Shown one piece after another: positions 24,141-37,558 of a DNA stretch of 64,000 bases; position 1 is the stretch's first letter, and every line of letters begins with the position of its first letter. The stretch spans positions 115,260,001 to 115,324,000 of the forward strand of contig NC_045696.1 in the NCBI RefSeq assembly GCF_009834535.1. The letters are read 5' to 3'. The DNA comes from Camelus ferus. Its lineage: Eukaryota. The notes below the pieces were generated by a model, which searched no databases, was not told the DNA's origin, and saw only the letters and a list, made by a program, of their open reading frames with translations. The position numbers and the translations under genes are program-made.

Positions 24141-26104
24141 CAACCTTTTAATCACTTAATTAAATTATATGCTGCTTTAAGAGAGACCATTTATTATCCA
24201 TCTTTTTGTCTCCTCTGTTGCTTGGTACATAGAAAGCATTCAGTGTTTAATTGAAGGGTTTTTTGTTTTTTGGGTTTTTTTGTCCCGTAATTGAATGTGA
24301 TGGTATTTAAGCTGGAACCTGAATGATGGTAGGTTTGAAGTAGTCAAAGATAAAGACAAAGGATTCCTGGTATCGACAGAATCGGAGACAGGAGCTGCAG
24401 AGGGTGGATTTATCTGTATAGTGAACAGCTCGTTCTGTCTGCAGGCGTAGGAGGAGTGGAGGACAAGTAACGGAGGAGAAGGTTGTAATTGTTTTCCTGT
24501 GGCTCTTGAAAGTGGGCTAATGAGTTCTGTTTTAATACTCTAGAAAAGGCAGGAAGCAGGGGAACAGGAGTTCTGAGTCCTAGTTTTGCTCCTGACTGAC
24601 CCTGAGCTGGGATTTGTGCCTCTAGAACTAAATTGCCTCATCCCTAAAATCAAGAGTTGCATTTATTCGTCCATTTTTTTCCATCAATATTCGTACACTT
24701 GCCAAGGTGGGCCGGGCAGTTTATCAGTATCTCTGGGTACAACAGTGAATAAGATAGCCCGGTTTCTAATTCTCTCTGAACATCAAGGATCATACAGAAT
24801 AGGGACCAAATGAAGAGATCATTGTAATACCGTGGGAGGTTGCCCAAATGGGGACACACACTTAAGGATGCCTGGGCACCATTTGTTGGAGCAGCTCATC
24901 ACCCAGTATGGGCTGATCCGCACAAGCTTGCTGGAGGAAGGGCCCGCGACAGTCATCTTAGGGGTCAGACGTGTCTTCCAGGTCACTGATGAACGCAGCT
25001 ACCTGGCTTGGAGGGAGCATGGCATCTTTGGATGCTTGTGAGCAAAAATGATGTGTTCACGCCTAATGTTCTATAAATAATTAGCATTCGATTTTGCTTT
25101 CTTTAACTGGTTTCATATTTAGCAGCCATTATAAAAGTGAAGCACTTGCTCTAGCCTAGACTTGTCATTACTAGTATATGTTGCTTTTTTAGGGATTTTC
25201 ATTTGCAAAGGAGGTCAGGTGCTTTTCTCAACTCCCCAGTGCCTCAGCCCCAGGGGCTTTCTCCATTCCGGGAGAGCAGCCTCCAAACTTACATGTTACT
25301 TCCTACTCTTGAGGCTTCCTTGTAACACTTTGTGCTAATCAGTTGGAAGTATTCAGGCTAATGAATTGACACAAATGGCCTCGTTAGCTGAAGTTTTTAT
25401 CTTCCTTTGAGGTTTTGAGTGTTTCACTTCATTTCATGCAAATGAGTCAGCAAGAAGAATTCAGATCTATCTTGGCCCTTGGTTTGTCTTCTGCTTTGTA
25501 AAATGAAAAAAATCTTTGGGGTTCACCCTGAGGAAGTGATTTCAAATATGTACTTTATAAATAATCTGGTTATTCATCCAGTTGTAATATATAGATTCAA
25601 CTTCATTTTGTAAAATTGTGGGGTTTTGAATTATTATTATTTCAATTTTTATCATTGTTATTTACATACAAAGTGATAACGGTAAAATGCTCCTCAGAAG
25701 TAATAACCGTGGTAAAAATAATTATTCTTTTGACTTCTATTGCAACTTTCTATACTTAGGACAATCTCAGGATTTTCTGTTTTTCTTGAACTCTCAGTCC
25801 TTAGATGTGGGCTCTGTAAGATTAATCTTTAATTTTCTTATCTTTTCACCTGTTGTTCATATGTTTGGCTTGTTTTTTGTTTTTAATTTTGGGGACATTT
25901 TCTCCAGCTTATCTTTAAAATTTTCTGCCACATTTTGCACATGTACGTCCTTATTTATAATTTCTCAGAGCTTAATTTTGCCTTTAAATATTTTTTAACA
26001 GCATCCTCTTCTGATTTCATGCATGAGTATATTCTCTCATCTAGTGTGGAAATGAAACTTTTTTCCTGTGTATGTATGTATGCATGTGTGTATGTATGTT
26101 TGTT

Positions 26105-26565
26105 TTTGCTTTTTTGTTTGTTTTTCTTAATTTTTAATTTTTTGATTTATAATATTGTATTAGTTTTTCAGTGTACAGTAATTCAGATATACATATATAG
26201 ATACATTCTTTTTCATTGCAGGTTACTACAAGCCATTGAATATAATTCCCTGTGCTGTACATTAGGACCTTGTTGTTTATCTGTTCTGTACATAGTAGTT
26301 TGTATCAGCCAGTCCCAAGCTCTCAATTTATCCCTCCCTCTCTCCTACCCTCTCTGGTAACCATATGTTTGTTTTCTGGGTCTATGAGCCTCTTTCTGTT
26401 TTGTAAATAAGTTGGTTTGTGTCATTTTTTTAGATTCCACATATAAGTGATATCATATGATGTTTGTCTTTCTCTGTCTGACTTACTTCACTTAGTACAA
26501 CAATCTCTAGGTCCATCCATGTTGCTGCAAATGACATTATTTCATTCCTTTTTATAGGTGAGTAT
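26105..26565 (-). mobile_element. 5'-truncated L1 3' end
   Basis: Reverse L1 3' UTR very similar to 22436-22917 (GGTAACCAT..GTTTGTTTTCT...AGATTCCACATATAAGTGATATCATATG). Confidence 0.92.
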
Positions 26566-26871
26566 TTTTTGAGTATTATTTTTGTTTATGTCTCTGTCGT
26601 CCATATTGGAAGGTTCTCTCAAATGTCTTATGATCATCAGATTTAAATTCATTTTCAAGAGTAAATCACGAAAAGGTTCATTTGATGTCTGGTGTGGATG
26701 GTGGTGGTAGGATCAGCAATGTAGGGTGATAAAGTTGAGAGTTCTTTTCTGTTGGTTGGAAGACTATACATTAGAGACTGTGGGTTTTATTCTGGAACTT
26801 TCAGATGTTCTTGCAGGGCACCACTTAATGTTCTCTCTGGTGACTGTGACATCAGTCACTCATTACTTCCA

Positions 26872-27062
26872 TGCCATCCAGGAGAACTGTGTTCTGTGAC
26901 GACAGGTGTGTCCTGTACTTGTGCTGTCAAGTACGGTGGCCACTAGCAACACATGGCTGTTGAGATCTTGGATGGTAGCTCCTGCAATGAAAGAACTGGC
27001 TTTTATTTTATTAAATTTCCATAATCACATAAGGCTAGTAGCTACCATATTTGACAGCATAG
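26872..27062 (+). mobile_element. MER3-like DNA transposon
   Basis: GTGCTGTCAAGTACGGTGGCCACTAGC.ACACATGGCTGTTGAG...GGCTAGTAGCTACCATATTTGACAGCA. Confidence 0.75.
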
Positions 27063-28105
27063 TTCTAGACATTGGGAGGAAAAGCAGATTGGAAAATTTC
27101 AGTGATTTTACTGACCTTTACTAAACTCCAATTTAGTCAATTACTTATTTTCAAATGACTGCTGTATTTGATGTCTTCTGGTCTTGAACGTTTCCAAAAC
27201 ATACACCTCTTACTCCCCATGGTGATAAATCAAGAGTAAGCACAAAGTAGGAAGGGGAGGTGGGGCCTGCAGGTGCAACCACTCTTTATAAAGCACCCAT
27301 TACTTTTAGAGCCCCAAGATTCACCCCAAAGGTACTTGGTGTCCCAAATTCCTGATGCTCGCTGTGACTCTGAGGGATAAATCAGATTGATTGTCTTCCT
27401 TTTATTTTTTTTGGGGGGGGCTGCTCCTTCTTTAAGTCTAGACCTCATCTTTTTTTGCTTTGTTCCATATTTGTGATATAGGGCCATAAATATCTCCTGT
27501 TGATTCTGGTTCTTGTGTTTCTTGAATTTTTTCAGGTGACAAACCAAAGGAAAAAGGGACAAATTTATTTATTCCCCGTCTTATGATAGACTTGTTTTAT
27601 CTTCTACTTGAATTTGTTGTGATTCCATAACACTGCCTGGTTATCTGACTTTCTTCAAATATTGAGTTTAGAAATTGTGCCAACCACCTTAGAAATTTCT
27701 TAAGAGTTTATTATCTGTAGTTTTTAAAAACTTTATCATTTGGCAATATGTTATGCATGTCTGCATAGGAATTCATAGCATTAGTCCAGACTTATCCAAA
27801 ATAGTAATCCATATTTAGTTAGAAAATTTTATTTAATTACCATGTTTTCATTTTTTCCTTAACAAAGTGATAGAATAAATAACTGATACATCTAGTATAT
27901 TTTATGAGTAAATATAATTTAGCTTATTATGAAATTAACATTTAAAAATTTTACATTAAAAATAAAAATAAAGCATACTGAATCCACTAATTTGTCCTTT
28001 TAAAAACCAGTGTATTATACTGATATGATTGATTTTATATCCGTTGGTTTTATATAACTGATTTTAATCAATACAGTTAATTACATAATCTTAAACAAAA
28101 AAACA

Positions 28106-28235
28106 GGGGGAGGGTATAGCTCAGTGGTGGAGTGCATCCCTAAAATGTACAAGGTCCTGGGTTCAATCCCCAGTATCTCCATTAAAATAAATAAACCTTA
28201 TCCCCCACCAAAAAGGACAAAAGAAAAATTTAAAA
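28106..28235 (+). mobile_element. tRNA-Ala-derived SINE (camelid vic-1-like)
   Basis: GGGGAGGGTATAGCTCAGTGG (A box)...GGTCCTGGGTTCAATCCCCAGTA.CTCCA (B box), then AAATAAATAAACCT and an A-rich tail. Confidence 0.88.
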
Positions 28236-28394
28236 ATCAAAATCAAGTTAGAAGGCCTTATTTGGGCATTTTTTAAATTGGAAAAAGGTAAGGGTATATA
28301 TCAAAATAGAAATACTCTACTATTAGAAATCAAAAAATCCGCAGACTTCTCTATTTTCTTTCAACTTACATACTTTTTGGTCAGCCTTAAATAT

Positions 28395-28560
28395 TTGTTC
28401 TACATGTACTGTGACTTTAAGTAAATACACTCTCTGAGCATCAGTTTCCTCACCCGTGAAACAGGAATAACAACACCAAACTTCATATTTGTGTAGTGGA
28501 TCAGCATTACAGTCAATAAATGCTTGGCACATGGCAGATACTCATAAACAGGAACTATTC
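28395..28560 (+). mobile_element. MIR SINE
   Basis: CTGTGACTTTAAGTAA...CTCTCTGAGCATCAGTTTCCTCACCCGTGAAACAGGAATAA...GCTTGGCACATGG. Confidence 0.75.
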
Positions 28561-31360
28561 TAGTTAACCTGGAGAAGTTGTCTCCTATGCAAACCTTGCA
28601 GGAAATGCTCAGGCAGCTTAGGAAAACCTTTGGCTTTAAAAATGTAAAATGCAAACTCTTCCTGTTTAATGTTTCTATTTTTGATACTCCACGTGACTGA
28701 CCCATCCAATAACCATGTGTACAATGTTTGGTATTTGCAAGCACTATACTTCTCCTTTAAAGAACCCTTCCAGAGCCCTTTCTCACTTTTCTCATTCTCA
28801 CACATGCAATAACATTTCAACCAGATCTATAAAATGGCTTGTCCAGCATTTGCTGTTAAGAGGGCTGGATGTTTGTCCACAGTGGGAACCAGTATTTATT
28901 TTATAGTGACCTCCTGTAGAAAAGTCTGTGTGACCCCAGATTCCCATTAAAAAATAGTTGAAGTTCATTTAGAAACCACTGCCTTTTCTGGGGTCATTCT
29001 CTTCAAGCACCTTTATAAAGGCGACATTGGAAATACTTTTTTGAGCACGGTGGGTGAACTCAAGGATGCCTTGTTCCATTTAGGTCAGTCACAGAGAGAA
29101 TTCCTATTAAGAGTTTTCTGAACATTAGACAACAGACTGAACTTATCCATAATCATTAAAGAAGTTGAATAAATAATACATAGTTTTGAAATTGAATAGA
29201 TCTGTATTTGCCTCAGAAACCAGGAGAAACTCTAGAGAAACTGGGTGTGGTTTATTAGAAATTAGAATTCACTTTTCAAGTCCCTAAATATTTATTTACT
29301 TTACCTAAGTCATAATACCTAGTTTGTGCTTTAAAGCACATACATTCATATAGTCATAAATTCACTAAGGGCATAAATTGATGCTTGTGATTTTTTTTTT
29401 CTTCCAGGATGCAAGCCAATGGAAATTATTTGAGACTCCAGTCTCTTGTCTATTGGGCAGAAATCCCACTTTCTTTAGTTCTGAACAGTGACATTGCTCC
29501 ACTGTCATTAAATCCAATTATAGAATTTGGTCCAGTTATATTTTTTATTCACATGTAAGTGATCCAGTTGGGAATATATTATACAGTACCTGCCAGCTCA
29601 TTTCTCCTAAATTTCCTTCTTAATGACCAAGCTTAAAATGCTTCTATGTTTTCTAAAATTATTATTGTGGATCTTTTCTCCCATTAAACTAAAAGCTACA
29701 CACATCTGTGGTTCTCTATTATTGTATTTCCTTACCTTTTTGAAACATTACTTTAAATATAAAATTGAAAAATAATTTGGAAATGAGATATGTGTGTATA
29801 ATTTTATCCATATAAAATATTAAGCTGAATATATCCTCATAGATACGAAGTTCGAAAAGGCTGAAAAAATCAGCACTTACTTCCAAGTCTGATTTCTCTA
29901 AGACTCTCATGGTTATCTTTTATCATAAATAATTCAGCCCTTTATGAATTATTATAAATGTATTTGCTAAAAGGTGTTCCATAAAGAAATAGTTTTTTTT
30001 TTAAGGTATGGCATGTGAATCAGTAGATATCTTGCTAATTCCGTTTAATTCTTCTATTTTGCAGTCTCAGTCATTTTAGTTCACATTTTGTTTTTCTCTA
30101 CTCATTAAATGTTGCCTGGGCCATTGTTCAGACATGTCTTAGTTTCTGTTTCTTCTCCTTTCTTCCCTATTCAACCGTCTCTCCACATGAATGTTGGATT
30201 AAACTTTCTAAAGACTGTCTATGATGTCATTTCCCACCCATTCAAAAAACACATTCAAGGTCTTTGGTGAGCTTACCTTAAAATAACCTTCCTTGGTTTA
30301 TCACCTACTCCTATTCAATACTCCCAGATAAATTACAGAACGCTCAGTCGGCTGAAAAAGCTCTGCTACCTCCATGCCTTTCTCATCCCGTCAATTTTTA
30401 TATGTCATTGCCTTGTCTGATGTGCCTCTCAGCACCCCTTCCATTTTTGGGGTCCTACCCAACTCTCAAGTCCAGGCTTCAAAGCCATTTTCCACTGAAG
30501 TCTTCCTCCTTTACTCCCGTCAGAGATCACTCTCATGTTTTCTCTTTCTCCCTTCCAAACTTCTATGCCATTTTATTTGTATGTTGTTTGTTACTCTGTG
30601 TGCATTCTGTTTATAAGTTTAGTGGAGTAGATAAAATACGTGATTTTTCTCTAGACACTTATTTTTAATAACACAGTTTCTAGCTCACATATGTTGAAGA
30701 CAGATGCAAGAATTCTGCTTCTTCCATTTATAAATATTGATGCAACGTGCGTTGCAGGACTTCCTGAGTCCCATGATAACACAACTTGAAAATAATCTCT
30801 CTGAGTGTTCCCATTAGAAAAAAAAATGAAGCCACTAATTAATTAGGTTATAAATTAAAACCAGTTGACTAAACCTTGAACTGAAACAGAGCTTTATTTT
30901 TAAATCAAGCCCTAATTAATTAGTTAAAATACCTTGTTTTTTAGGCCAGTCATCAGTATCTTTTTCAAATCTCTGAGTACGCCAACTGTTGGCTATAATA
31001 TTATCCAGCATCAAGTTTGCTGGCATAATTTGACACCTGGAAAAACCTAGGGAAAACTAGCATAGCTGTTATAAAAGTGAAACTTGCCAACTCTTCAGGC
31101 TATATTAGCAAAGGGACACATTTCTGAGACCAAATTAGTGGTTTTCAAGTCTGCAAGTGGGAAGAAACATCAAGAAGTTTGTCACAAGGCTATACTCTGT
31201 TTTTTCCTTCCATCATTAACCTCAGCTGTATCTGGTACCTATGAAGAGAAAAGAAAAGGTGGGAGTGGCAAACACTCAAATCCCCCTCCTCAGGAACACT
31301 TCTGATTATATTATACTCCAGGCTTCTATTTCCTCATTGTATCACCCGAAAAAATCAGAG

Positions 31361-32205
31361 TGTAACTGAGCAGGACCCTATGGTCGTCATTGGTGGCCAT
31401 CTGATATCTGTAAATGGTGTTTGTAACTGCTTAACTGTATAATGGTTTAAAGGTTTTTTTTCATGCTCTTAGTGACCAGAATTAGGCTGGAGAGGAGGGA
31501 GTTTTGAGGCGGGGCAGGGGTCTGTGCAACCCCTTGTAATGCTGCGTGCTGCATCGATCATGCCCAGTGCCCTGCTCTTGACCCCAGTGCCCTTCTCCTG
31601 ACCCTGACACCTCAGAAATGGCAGTTGGGTGTTCTGTGCATCTTGTTGTTCATAACTTGCCCCAACTGTGAATATCTGCAGTTATTTTTAGCCTCCTGTG
31701 GTTTCCTTGTATCCTGTTGGTTGAGGTGCAAGTCTCAGCCTGCAGCAAGAGGTCTGAGACCTCAGGCTGCCTAAAATGCTTGAAGCATTTATCAACCTGA
31801 CTTTAAATTGCACAAGTTTTTCTCTAGAACATTTTTTCTACAGACCTCCTTCCTAGCACCCTTTGTTCCAGACACAAGAATATTATTAGAAGAGCCCCAA
31901 AGCTGGAGGTGAACTTCCAGCAAAGGGAAGGGGACCGCTGTACCTGCAAAAACAAGAACAACTTTGCAACAAGTTGTTACCTCATATTTGACCTCTATGG
32001 AAACTAGCTCTGCCCCTTAAACTCTTGAACTTTTACTGTAAAACCCGCTGCCTTCTCTCCCCAGCAGGCTCACAGTCTTAGAGGCATTAGCTCACTGTGA
32101 CCTCCTTTGCCTGGCAAAGAAATAAAGCTGCCTTTTCTACTTCATCCAAAACTCTCCTGAGTCTCAATTCGGTAAGCAGAGTACAGAGGCCATGTTTCAG
32201 CAACA
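31361..32205 (+). mobile_element. ERV1 solo LTR (MER41-like ends)
   Basis: TGTAAC...CAACA termini; 4-bp TSD AGAG (31357-31360, 32206-32209); CCTTTGCCTGGCAAAGAAATAAAGCT with AATAAA at 32121-32126. Confidence 0.85.
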
Positions 32206-33857
32206 AGAGGATGTTGATGGATGAAAAATCTGTCTTCTGACTACATCATAGAGCTTGTGGACTATTTGAAGGTGAGACTAGGAGTCTCCAAAGAAAAGTA
32301 AGGTCCCTTCTTACGAGTCTCCCCAGCTCTGTCAACAGAATAGAGTAGTTTGTGACTTTTTAATCTTTTCTTTGCTCTGTAATTTTATTTATTCATTTAA
32401 TTCTGTTATAAAATTACTGACATGTCAGTAAATTATTCTCAGACTCAAATTACCCTCTTCCCTTCTTGCCCATGCTAAAGTGGACCTCAGAGCCACTTTG
32501 AATAACTTTATTCCTTGTGTCATCTTTTTTTTTTAATTAAAAGATGATGGAGAGTTTCTGTGAACTTTTGCAGTAAAATGTTTATTATGTTTCAGTCAAA
32601 GCTGCCAAATTACTGCTTCTCCTGACCTGAAAAATTAAAATTTGTTTACAATGTGAAGTTGCATTGATATCAGTGCCTCTAGGTTGATGTCTTCAGAAGA
32701 GACTCAATCCACAATTAGGTGTCATGCATGCTTTTGATGAAAAACCACTTCAGGATGAAGGATTGGAAGTTGATGGTCCATGTATGTCAGTGTTTATGGA
32801 AGATGACTCTGGGACTTTGATGCTTATCTTTTTTATTTCTTTCTTCTGGGTCTAGAAGGTTTATGTCTGAAGACAGGTTAGTTTGCTTCACCAGGAGAGT
32901 TTTAGCATTGTTTCTGCTGCTTAATAGTCACCTGGGTTAGAAAAGTCCAGTTTGGCTGAGAACGATGTCTTCCTCTGTGGGAGGAAGGGCTGCCTTTGGG
33001 CGGATCACACTGAGCATAGCGTCCTGGGGTAGAAGAGAAAACTTAAAGAAGCTGGAAATTTCTAGAGGTGGTCTGGAAGTCAATGTGGCTCATGTAGTAG
33101 GTATGCCGTTGTCCTGTTTTATGTGTATGTGGGCTCCTGGTGCCAAGGGTGCTGAAGTGAAGACCTGTGCAGAAGTAATGGGGCTTGGAGGCTGAAGCTG
33201 AAAAAGGTGAGAAGCCTCATTGCTTAGAGAGCCCACAGTGACCACTCCAGGCGTCTGTTGGGCCTGGAACAACAATGGATGAAAGCTTATTGGTGAGCTA
33301 CGTTCTCGTCCCTGGGAGAAATAGCTGGTGGGGTTCGAGTATGTGCTTGTCTGATGGAGGTACAACAGACCCCTGGTGTGTGTGAGCAGTGACAAGTGTG
33401 CTGCTCAGGGTTTCTTTTTTGCGTTCCAAACTCTATTAAGACAGATGTATCTTTTTAAGCCTGGGCTAGAGAGTGTCACAACTACCCAACTATTTAATAT
33501 TGGTTAAGAAAGGTTAGAACTTGAATTAACTGTTGGTTTTACCAGTGGTGACAAATGAGCGGTTTAATGTTGTACTGTATGGATCGACTACATGATCCAT
33601 AAATGTGGGTTGATGTCCATGCATTTTTTTTTAAACGTGTATATATGATTATCGTTACGGCTCACTAGCTAATTTCAAAGGGCAGTTGTATCCTAAGTCA
33701 TAGATTTTGCTTCTTCTTTTCATGGGTCATGGCTGGAAGCTCTGATGACTGAATGACATTATAAATGAACATAGGATTGAAGAAATTGAAAAAAGTTTTA
33801 AGATCATTTATTGGGCATAGGGCAAGGTGGAGGGACTCCTCTAATTTAGTTTTTACG

Positions 33858-34017
33858 TTTTTTCCTCCAATCCTTATTTATGTTTTTTCTCCAATTCTTA
33901 TTTAAGTTTTTCTCTAATTCTTATTTGTTTTTCTCCAATTCTTACTGATTTTTCCCCAATTCTTATTTAAGGTTTTCTCCAATTATTATTTATGTTTTCC
34001 TCCAATTCTTATTTATG
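33858..34017. repeat. Minisatellite, ~23-bp unit TTTTTCTCCAATTCTTATTTA(A/T)G x7
   Basis: Seven contiguous imperfect units read directly. Confidence 0.92.
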
Positions 34018-34079
34018 CCAAATCAAACACTAAGCTTAAAATTTCCAGTTCCTATGTCATGGCTGCTTAAAGGGCCTCT

Positions 34080-34553
34080 AGTGGAAACTGTTATCCACCC
34101 AGATTCCCTCGATCTCCTTGACTGTATCTGTGTGGGCGTCCCAGCTTTGGTGTGCTTTTGCTTCCTACAGTCTAAACCTTTGACTCTTCTTCATCAAAGA
34201 GCCGTCGGGCTGCTAGACCCCAGGCAGAGAACCAGAAGTCTCTGGAAGTTTAAGAGCCCTGGATAGGTCCTTGGCAATGATTGACAGATGAGGGAATACA
34301 CAAGCCTAGCTCCCTTACCTTGGATCAGGATGAACCATGGCATCGCCTACACTCCAGACAACCCCGTAGGATCAGGCTGAAGTCATTCTGCACAGGCGGG
34401 GGCCCTGAAATCCCACCCTTGATTGTCTTCTTCCGTTTCTCCCCACTGCTTCCCCTGCAAGTTTACCGGTTTTTCCTGGGAGCATGTCTTTAATTATCAC
34501 TTGTACAGTATCGTCTTTATCTCAGAGTCTGCTTCTAGGAAAACAAACCTAAC
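34080..34553 (+). mobile_element. LTR16-type ERVL LTR
   Basis: CACCCAGATTCCC near the start; end TCTCAGAGTCTGCTTCTAGGAAAACAAACCTAACA matches the recalled LTR16 3' terminus. Confidence 0.7.
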
Positions 34554-35234
34554 AGGTCCTTTCTAAAACAAAGTGACACACACCTTTATCTGTTAGCTAG
34601 CTCTGTTGCTATTCTTCATTCTATAGTTTCATGACGATGTTACAATCACGGGAAGTCCAGAGGACAAATGTACACTGCAAAATAACGGAATAATCCTGGC
34701 ACTTCTGGTGGGAAGCATTACATAGAAACCCATATGGTTTTCATTGATAAAAGAACTTTTGAGCACTGCTGAAATGAACACGCAGAAGCCGTATCTGCTT
34801 GAATTGCTTCTTATCTTCCGTAACCAATGTCCTTCTGGGACAGCAACGCTAGCGAAAAGCTATCTGTGTTCTGTCTCCTTGGAATTGGACTGCATTAACC
34901 ATTTCCCCGCCACCTTCCTGCATGTTAAGCACTAAACTGGGAAGCCAGGGTTAGATGGTGAGCAGCCATTGAGGTAGGTCTTTATGGCAAGATAAACCCA
35001 TCAGAAAGCCTCTTGCCTCTGGCCAGTGCCCTGGCACTTTTCTTTTGTTTGTTTGTTTGTTTTTCCCCTTTTTAAACTTTTTTTTTTCCCTGCAGTTTTC
35101 TGGGACTAGTTTATCTTTTAGTTTCAGAACACCTTTTCTTTTCTGTCTTCCATTGCAATTTTAAACAAAGTCTATAATATATTTTTAGGGACCCAGAAGC
35201 AAAAATAAGCTCTATTCAAGTTTTTAAAATACGT

Positions 35235-35293
35235 TATGTGTACACATGTACGCGTGTACGCGTATACGCGTGTGTGTGTGTATGCACACGTAT
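35235..35293. repeat. Perfect alternating purine-pyrimidine tract (59 nt)
   Basis: TATGTGTACACATGTACGCGTGTACGCGTATACGCG(TG)5TATGCACACGTAT. Confidence 0.9.
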
Positions 35294-35683
35294 TTCTGGC
35301 GTGGGGTGGGGGTTGTGTTTAGAAAGGAAAATTTACTACTAATACCAAAAGCAAAGGATGGGAAAAAGGCTCTGCTTTACTCAGGTGCCCCTTCCCCAGC
35401 CTCCTCTGTTTCAGTTAAACTCATTAACAGAGATGGAACCTTGTCCACAAAAAATAGAATAAGAGTCATTTACGTTTCAGACGTTGTTTTGGATGTTCTG
35501 GCCCAGAATGGGCTCTAGTCTGAGGGTGAAGAGATGGGGATGAAAGATTTATCTGGGAGGTGAGGTGAGCCAGCATCATTGCTAAGATCACCCCACGGGG
35601 CCAGGGAGGCGGGGAGGAGGGAGAAAAGGCAGACCCTTGCTCATCACATTGCAACACTAGTCCTAGTCCAGTCATCCTTCCTG

Positions 35684-35836
35684 TTTTTTTTTTTTCTTCT
35701 TCTTTTTTTTGAGTTATAGTCAGTTTACAATGTTGTGTCAATTTCCAGCGTAGAGCATAACTTTTCAGTTACACATGAACATACATATATTCATTGTTGC
35801 ATTCTTTTTCCCTGTGAGCTATCACAAGATCTTGTA
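35684..35836 (-). mobile_element. Very short L1 3' end with poly(T) tail
   Basis: TATAGTCAGTTTACAATGTTGTGTCAATTTC is close to the reverse complement of the L1 end at ~990-1022. Confidence 0.8.
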
Positions 35837-37044
35837 GGGAGATTACCTGAGTGCCAGTGGAGGGATCACAAGCAGGGCTAGTTGGGAGTAGAGGGATCAA
35901 AGGGGAAAGCAGAAACAGACTACCCATGGCCGCAGGAGGAGGCACTGTGTGAGCTGAGGCTACCTTCCTCTGGTGGCGGTAGCCGTGTCAGGGACTCTCT
36001 GAGGTCAGGCCAGGATCTGCTCTGCGTGGTGGCATTTCACAGTCGACCAGCAGCTTGCTGTACAGGCTGTATTTCAGCCCTCGTCTCTCAGCCAGTATGG
36101 GGAATACAGTGCATTACCAAAAAGAAAAAAAAAAAAAAAAAAAAGGCCTGCCTAAGAGATCCACCGTTTCATGTGATTTAGAGCCACGAATGGCCCTGTG
36201 TTCTGGAATGCTTTTCCCTCGTGGAAGTTTTGTACTTTGATTGACAGATTCTAACTGCTTTCTACTTAGAAGAAAATGGAATAGGTTTTATTCTTGAAAG
36301 GTTCCTGTTGCTGGGATTTGAAATCTTAAAATAGAAGTTGCCATTACTTTCATATCTAAAAGATCTGATTTGAGAACAGGAGTTCAAGCAAACTGAAGCT
36401 TTACTGCAGATAGGGTTTTTGATGTTTTTTTTTTTTTTTCTGCAAAGCAGAAAATTACACATAATGCAATAATTGGTTTTTTTGTTTGTTTGTAAGAAGA
36501 CAAAGTAGGAAGACAAAGTTAAGAAAGAGGGAAGGCTTTATGAGAAAATATAAATACTATTACAGAGGACACAGTGAGAAGAGAGAAGTATAGGGCACGG
36601 TGATAGATTGCCATCTGTGACAATCATTAAAGTGTTTCTCTTGGTGTTTATTTTTTATTTTAAGAGTAGTATCCTTTCACACAGACACTAAATTGTGATA
36701 GATAAATAGGTCATCAGACTGGAACACAGATGGAATACTGGAGAATGGTATCATTTAAGGTAGGGGCAGAGGAAAAGGATCATGTAATAGAATTGATGGA
36801 GAAGCAGCAAGTGTGGAAACACAGCAGGAAAGCTACATGAGGTTTCATTTGTCTCAGATAAGTCAAGAAAACTACAACTAATCATAAGTGGTGTGAGAAT
36901 TTCTTATGTGCCAGAAAAATATATGAATTCAGTCTTTTGCAAATATGATTGCACTTGCTTTCCCACAACATACCTATATGTCACATGCTGTTATCTTAAT
37001 TATACATATCCAGGCTTCAAGAGGTTAATTAACTTGTCTAATAT

Positions 37045-37558
37045 TGTTACCGAGTACAAGCTTGTACTGCTCACCCCACGACAGGCCAACAAATTGAGAG
37101 ATGAGTTCTGGGGGCAAGGAATAGTGACTTTATTCAGAAAGCCAGCAGACTGAGAAGATGGTGGACTAGTGTCCCAAAGAAGCATCTTGCCTGGGTTTGG
37201 ATGCTAGTTTCTTTTATAGAGCAAAGAGGGGAAAGGGGGTGAGGAGGTAAAGTAAGATAAGGCAATAAGCTGTTGAAAATATTTTCTGGTTTTGGCCAGA
37301 CTCTGGAGGGGATGTGCTAATGTCTTCCTTCCTGCAGCCATTTGCGGGTGGGCCTGGTCAGGGTGTTTCCTGTGAGCTAAACAAAGCTTAAGGCTCAGGC
37401 ACAGGAGGCAGGGCTCCCCGAGATGGGCCATTATGTGTATTTTAACCCTCAGGCAACATCCCTTTAGTGATTAACTTGCAGCGAAAGCAATAGAATATGA
37501 AGTTTCAAGTAAAAGAAACTCATCCAATATGGAGTCAGATTTGTTCTTCTGTGTTACG
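37045..37558 (-). mobile_element. ERV1-type solo LTR
   Basis: TGTTAC...GTTACG termini; near-TSD ATAT/ACAT; ACTTTATTC (reverse AATAAA); similar to 7456-7981. Confidence 0.8.

Noticed and set aside
28106..28182. Functional tRNA-Ala gene (also 39805-39868, and tRNA-Ile at 18941-19013)
   Set aside because: Disrupted anticodon arm or truncation, SINE-type tails and a TSD; these are SINE heads
33858..34017. Regular ~23-bp repeats as a CRISPR array
   Set aside because: Units are contiguous with no unique spacers, there are no cas genes, and the context is mammalian; it is a minisatellite
7456..37558. Two related same-orientation LTRs as the ends of one provirus
   Set aside because: They are ~29.6 kb apart, their interiors are clearly diverged, there is no gag/pol/env between them, and the second has its own near-TSD; they are independent solo LTRs
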